From assembly GCA_002104905.1 (NCBI GenBank), contig MCFE01000482.1:1-64000 (forward strand): 64,000 nucleotides of DNA, given 5' to 3'. The stretch is from Basidiobolus meristosporus CBS 931.73. Its lineage: Eukaryota > Fungi > Basidiobolomycota. Both the position numbers and the translations under genes were made by a program. Below are positions 59,855 through 64,000 of the stretch, in pieces. Each line of letters begins with the position of its first letter. Position 1 is the stretch's first letter. Under the pieces are notes generated by a model that did no database searches, was not told the DNA's origin, and saw only the letters and a program-made list of their open reading frames with translations.

Positions 59855-60849
59855 GACAGGGAAGCATGCAAAAAAAACTGCAGTTCTTGCCAATGAATTC
59901 TGTAAGCCTGGCTAACCAACAAGATTTACCAACAAGAAATCAGCGGCAGTTGAGCTACACTCCAGCAAGTTAGATGAGTTTGCAGAGAAAGGTAATTCGT
60001 CAACCGCAGCCTTCATGTCCTCCATTGTTGACAGAGTGGAGATCCCACTGACAGAAAAGGCTGCAACTTCAAGAACCTGAAAGACCAACACAATGTCTTT
60101 GGTGGAGTTTTGGAACATTGATAGGCACACCAAGTAGTTACAGCATTTCATCAAGAGCAGTGCTCAAGAAAATGCACTTGAATATTGCAAGGATTTATTG
60201 CAAAGACTGGCAGATGAGTAGCTAGACCTTGAAGTACTGGCAGAAGACCAGGTTGTGTGGAAACCAGTGAATGAACAGTGGCATAAAGCCATTGGGTTCC
60301 CCCTGGAGTCATGTAACAGAGTGTTACAGCAGAAATATTGATTGAGTGGTGTGCTTTAATGGAGTTACTTGGTGAGTGTGAGGTTGAGCTTAATGTTAGT
60401 ACAGGGTACAGGGACTTGCATAGATCAATACAACTGGCAATTGAGGTACAACTGAAGTTTCAACAAAAATGAATCAATCTGTACACATAAGAAGTAAGAG
60501 AAATGGTTGAATCAGGAAGTAAGGAGTGTGAAAAAGAGGCAATAGCCAATCAATGTACACAAATGTAGGACACCAACTAAGTTGGGGATTGTAGCTCAAT
60601 AGTTTTCCCTTGACAGGCTTATGGCTTTATTCCCCTTCACATTAGATTAGAGACAGAACCCAAGTATTCCTAGCAAGCTTTTGCCAGAAGTTATTGCACT
60701 CAGTGAGCATTCCACAAACAAAACACTTGAGAAGTGTTGGATGTATCTCTCCCTCAGACTTATATACCACCACAACATGATCAGTACCTCTGAGTCATGG
60801 GACTTTAAATCTGTGACAGCCTTTTGACAAGATCATGACAATAACTGCT

Positions 60850-62270
60850 CATAGTGCTACTGCAGCCAAATGTAAGTTTTTATAAATCAAATGAATGTTA
60901 AAGCTGCATTTATGAGTGGGGACCTTAATGAGAATGTTTATATGGACCAGCCCAATGGACCTGTTAGCCACAATAGCCCCTATTTAGTCTGCAAGCTTAG
61001 ATATCTGTATATGGACTTGAATAATCACAAAGAGCCTGGAATTGTAACAGTGGTTCTAATTTGGAGTTCTTGTGTTTCAAAAGGAGCACAGCTGACTATA
61101 GGATATACTGCAAGCCTGATAGAGCAAATCCAGCTCTATTAGCACTATAAGTGGATGATCTTATTATAGCTGCCAATAACTCTGAAACATTGGTCAACAC
61201 TAAATCCAGTCTCTATAAGGAGTTCAAGCTGTCCAATCTATGAGAAATGAGGTACTGCTTGGGGATAGAATTCTCAATAGAGAGAAGTACCTAGACTATA
61301 GCCCTAAGTCAATCCAAGTATATTCAAGATATACTAAAGAAGTACTAAACTGAACACTATATATTGGCAGCTACCCCAATGGAGACCATCCTTAACTTGG
61401 TCAAAACTCAACCAAATCTAGAAAGCTTGGTGCCATCTGGAAGCCCTGACTCTCCTTCTAAATTGATATTTGCCAGTCTGACGTATAGCATGATTAGAAC
61501 ACAGCTAAATATCTCATATTTAGTGGGAGTTGTCAGCCAGCATGATCATAACTATGGATCTGATCATATTGCAATAATTAGGTGGACTTTTAGATGCTTA
61601 AAAGGAACTTGTGATATTTACTTAAGGTACACCAATACAGATTCAGAACAAGGTATTGTGGGGTACTCTGATGTTGATTGGGGACAAAATTTAGAAGGCA
61701 GAGGATCCATTACAGAATAAACCTTTCTATACTGCAAAGGAGCAATTTCATGGAACTCAAGAAAGCAACCAACCATAGCACTTTCTACCACAGAGGTAGA
61801 GTTCATGGCAGCTTGTGAAGCTACAAAAGAAGCAATGTAGTAAAGCAGCTTCTATAGATTACGCCAATGTCAAAAATGCCTAATTCATTTTTGCAACATA
61901 AATAAGGATGAATACAATTAGGTAAAATCCAACTTTTCATGCAAGAACTAAGCACATAAATATTAGACATCATTTCATACATGAAGCTATATAGAATAGC
62001 TTGGTTAGCTTAGCTTACTGTCAAACAAATGAAATGATTGCAGACATATTTACAAGGCTATTTGCTAGAGACAAACTGGAACATCTTAGATCAATATTAG
62101 AACTAGTCACTGTCAGCATTTATTTGTGTGGGAGTGTTGTAAAAGTTTGTAATTCCACCTAAATATTCACCTAACCTGGTCACTTAGATCATTACCTTTA
62201 CATCTTAGAAGTGTACTGACCAAATTTCTTGTTGAGATTTACTTTGAATATTTTCACCAAATTATAAGTG
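60850..62270 (+). mobile_element. Heavily decayed copia RT-RNase H with PPT and truncated 3' LTR (from 62134)
   Basis: MNVKAAFMSG, YSDVDWG, GTGGGAG followed by TGTTGTAAAA. Confidence 0.85.
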
Positions 62271-62899
62271 TGCCAAGGTAGAAATGTACTGAAGAACAGA
62301 CTAGAATATCACATGGGGATATGTCAGGGGTATGCTGATAATGTGGCTAGGTCATGTGACATGCATTACCATTTATGGTACTTGGCTACATAGATTCCAA
62401 AGGGGGGCTTCCACAGAATGTTCCATTGGTTAATGTTGACTTAGTGCTTTCCAGAAGTTGCTAGAATGTAGTAGAACTTTCTAGAAGGAACTGGGATTTC
62501 TTCAACAACTTCATTTATCCTGATCATCAGAGACCAGGAATGTCATGTTATCATGACAGTTGCTTTGTCTATCAGTGGGATCTCAACTCTGCTCATAGTG
62601 GCAAATGTGGAGGCTGTGGTAGACAAGATGCCTTTCTCTGCAAACTCATTCACTTCATGGCAGTGTATCTCAATTGTGTATGTCTCCAACCCTTGTGAGA
62701 ACAGCTGCTCTCTTCTTAGTGAGTACACTTAGCTATTGTAGGATTTAGCTTGCTCTGGGCTGATGGCGTAAATTGGTGAGATCTGCAATTTTTTTCTCAT
62801 ACTTTCCTGTCTCTGGCCTGGATAGACATTTTCCCTTTCCCTTTGCCATTATTGCTGCCAGTATATGGCCACCTAGAAAGTATCACACTAAAAAGCTGT

Positions 62900-64000
62900 A
62901 AAGTTAAGGTGTTTGAAATATGTCATTTGTGGTAGGTGAGTGCATTTGAAGAGATTAGTAACAATAAGGCCATAATTTTTATTGATCTGAGCTACATGTG
63001 GAATACCCAAGGTAGTTGTGGGTAACCAAATAAAGAGGGTGAATCTACAGTGAAATATATGAATTGCACAAGGAGAGGTAGAAAAAGAAATTCAACTTGG
63101 TAAATTAGTATGATGGCATTATGCAGAACTAGCTGTAGGCCACCATAGCAGCAGGGTAATGCCATTAGAGGCTTGCAATGAAGCTGTCAAAACACCATCA
63201 AGTTTCTTTGCCATATAAGGTAGTTCATTGTACTGGCTGCTTGGATCCACTCAGATAGTTCTAGGGAACATCAAAACCAGCACAATGCCATGAAACCCTT
63301 GGCACAACACTGCCAAAACACTGTCACGTTATTCAACTTTATTTGGTGGTAAATTAGCCAAACACCATTGTGATTCTGTCACATGATTGTGTAGATGGTC
63401 ATTAATTCAAAGCTGCTGGTATAACAATGGTCTCCTATTGGGATCCTAACAGCTGGTCCAGATCAGATCCATTCACCAAGCCAGATTATTTTTAATAGGG
63501 TGTAAAGACTGTTTATTTCTTGAACAATATATTTCTGCTTCCTGCCAGATTGCTGCTCCTATTATAGGTGCACTCCAGTTCTTGTTTATATGAGTTCTGT
63601 ATTATATGGTGTGAATAGAGGCCTGTATCCAGGAGATACCCAGCGGTCATTAGGAAAGTTGTGCTAGCAAAATTAGATACTTGTTGAGTCCAACCCAACC
63701 TAACCTTACTTGACCAATTACCCAGGTGTTGGTGCTGCTTAGCTTCTTATTACCAAAGGCATCAGTGTCTCTATGAACACATCTGTGCTCAGTATTTCAA
63801 GGTCCAATTTAATCCACAAAAAAAGTAAGATGGAGCAGAGTATAGATAAAATTAGCATTGGTGTTCCACTTGCAAATAAATAACCCTACAATGTCAACAA
63901 AAAACTCCTAATGATTTCAATGTACTCTTAGTAAAAGTTCCTTCAGAAGGCCACTTGGATAAACTCAAGTCCAGTTCATCCAGTCTTCCCATTTAAAATT
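62900..64000. mobile_element. Second, rearranged CACTA-type relic
   Basis: ~62900-63480 is an inverted homolog of ~56215-56790; ~63500-64000 is a direct, deleted homolog of ~56940-57990. Confidence 0.65.

Overview
Intron-rich fungal genomic DNA; an early-diverging lineage is my inference from gene style, not something established here. A ~33 kb gene island (~10.1-43.4 kb) lies between two CpG-depleted transposon graveyards. The left graveyard (1-10 kb) holds nested copies of one Ty1/copia family, a non-LTR RT relic and a 734-bp foldback element. The copia family has ~350-bp LTRs ending TGTTGTAA...TTACAACA, 5-bp TSDs and a half-tRNA-iMet (Hemivirus/Ty5-type) primer site. The island encodes a GDSL esterase relic, a kynurenine-type aminotransferase, two convergent alpha-arrestin-like paralogs, a small secreted prepropeptide, a C2 protein, LCB1, PEBP, URB2, an EST1/SMG7-like protein, a DUF5522 protein, an OSCA/TMEM63 channel, two small orphans, PP1, RPL29, a PWI/SR protein and a secreted Kex2-processed repeat protein (KEP). 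The right graveyard (43.5-64 kb) is a multi-layer nest of the same copia family with a foreign solo LTR, a second foldback copy and CACTA-type transposase relics. The best novelty candidates are the KEP precursor, the small prepropeptide, the foldback family, and the copia primer-site AUG and integrase-RT frame offset. Several host genes carry single-base insertions that may be assembly errors. All alignments and counts were done by eye.
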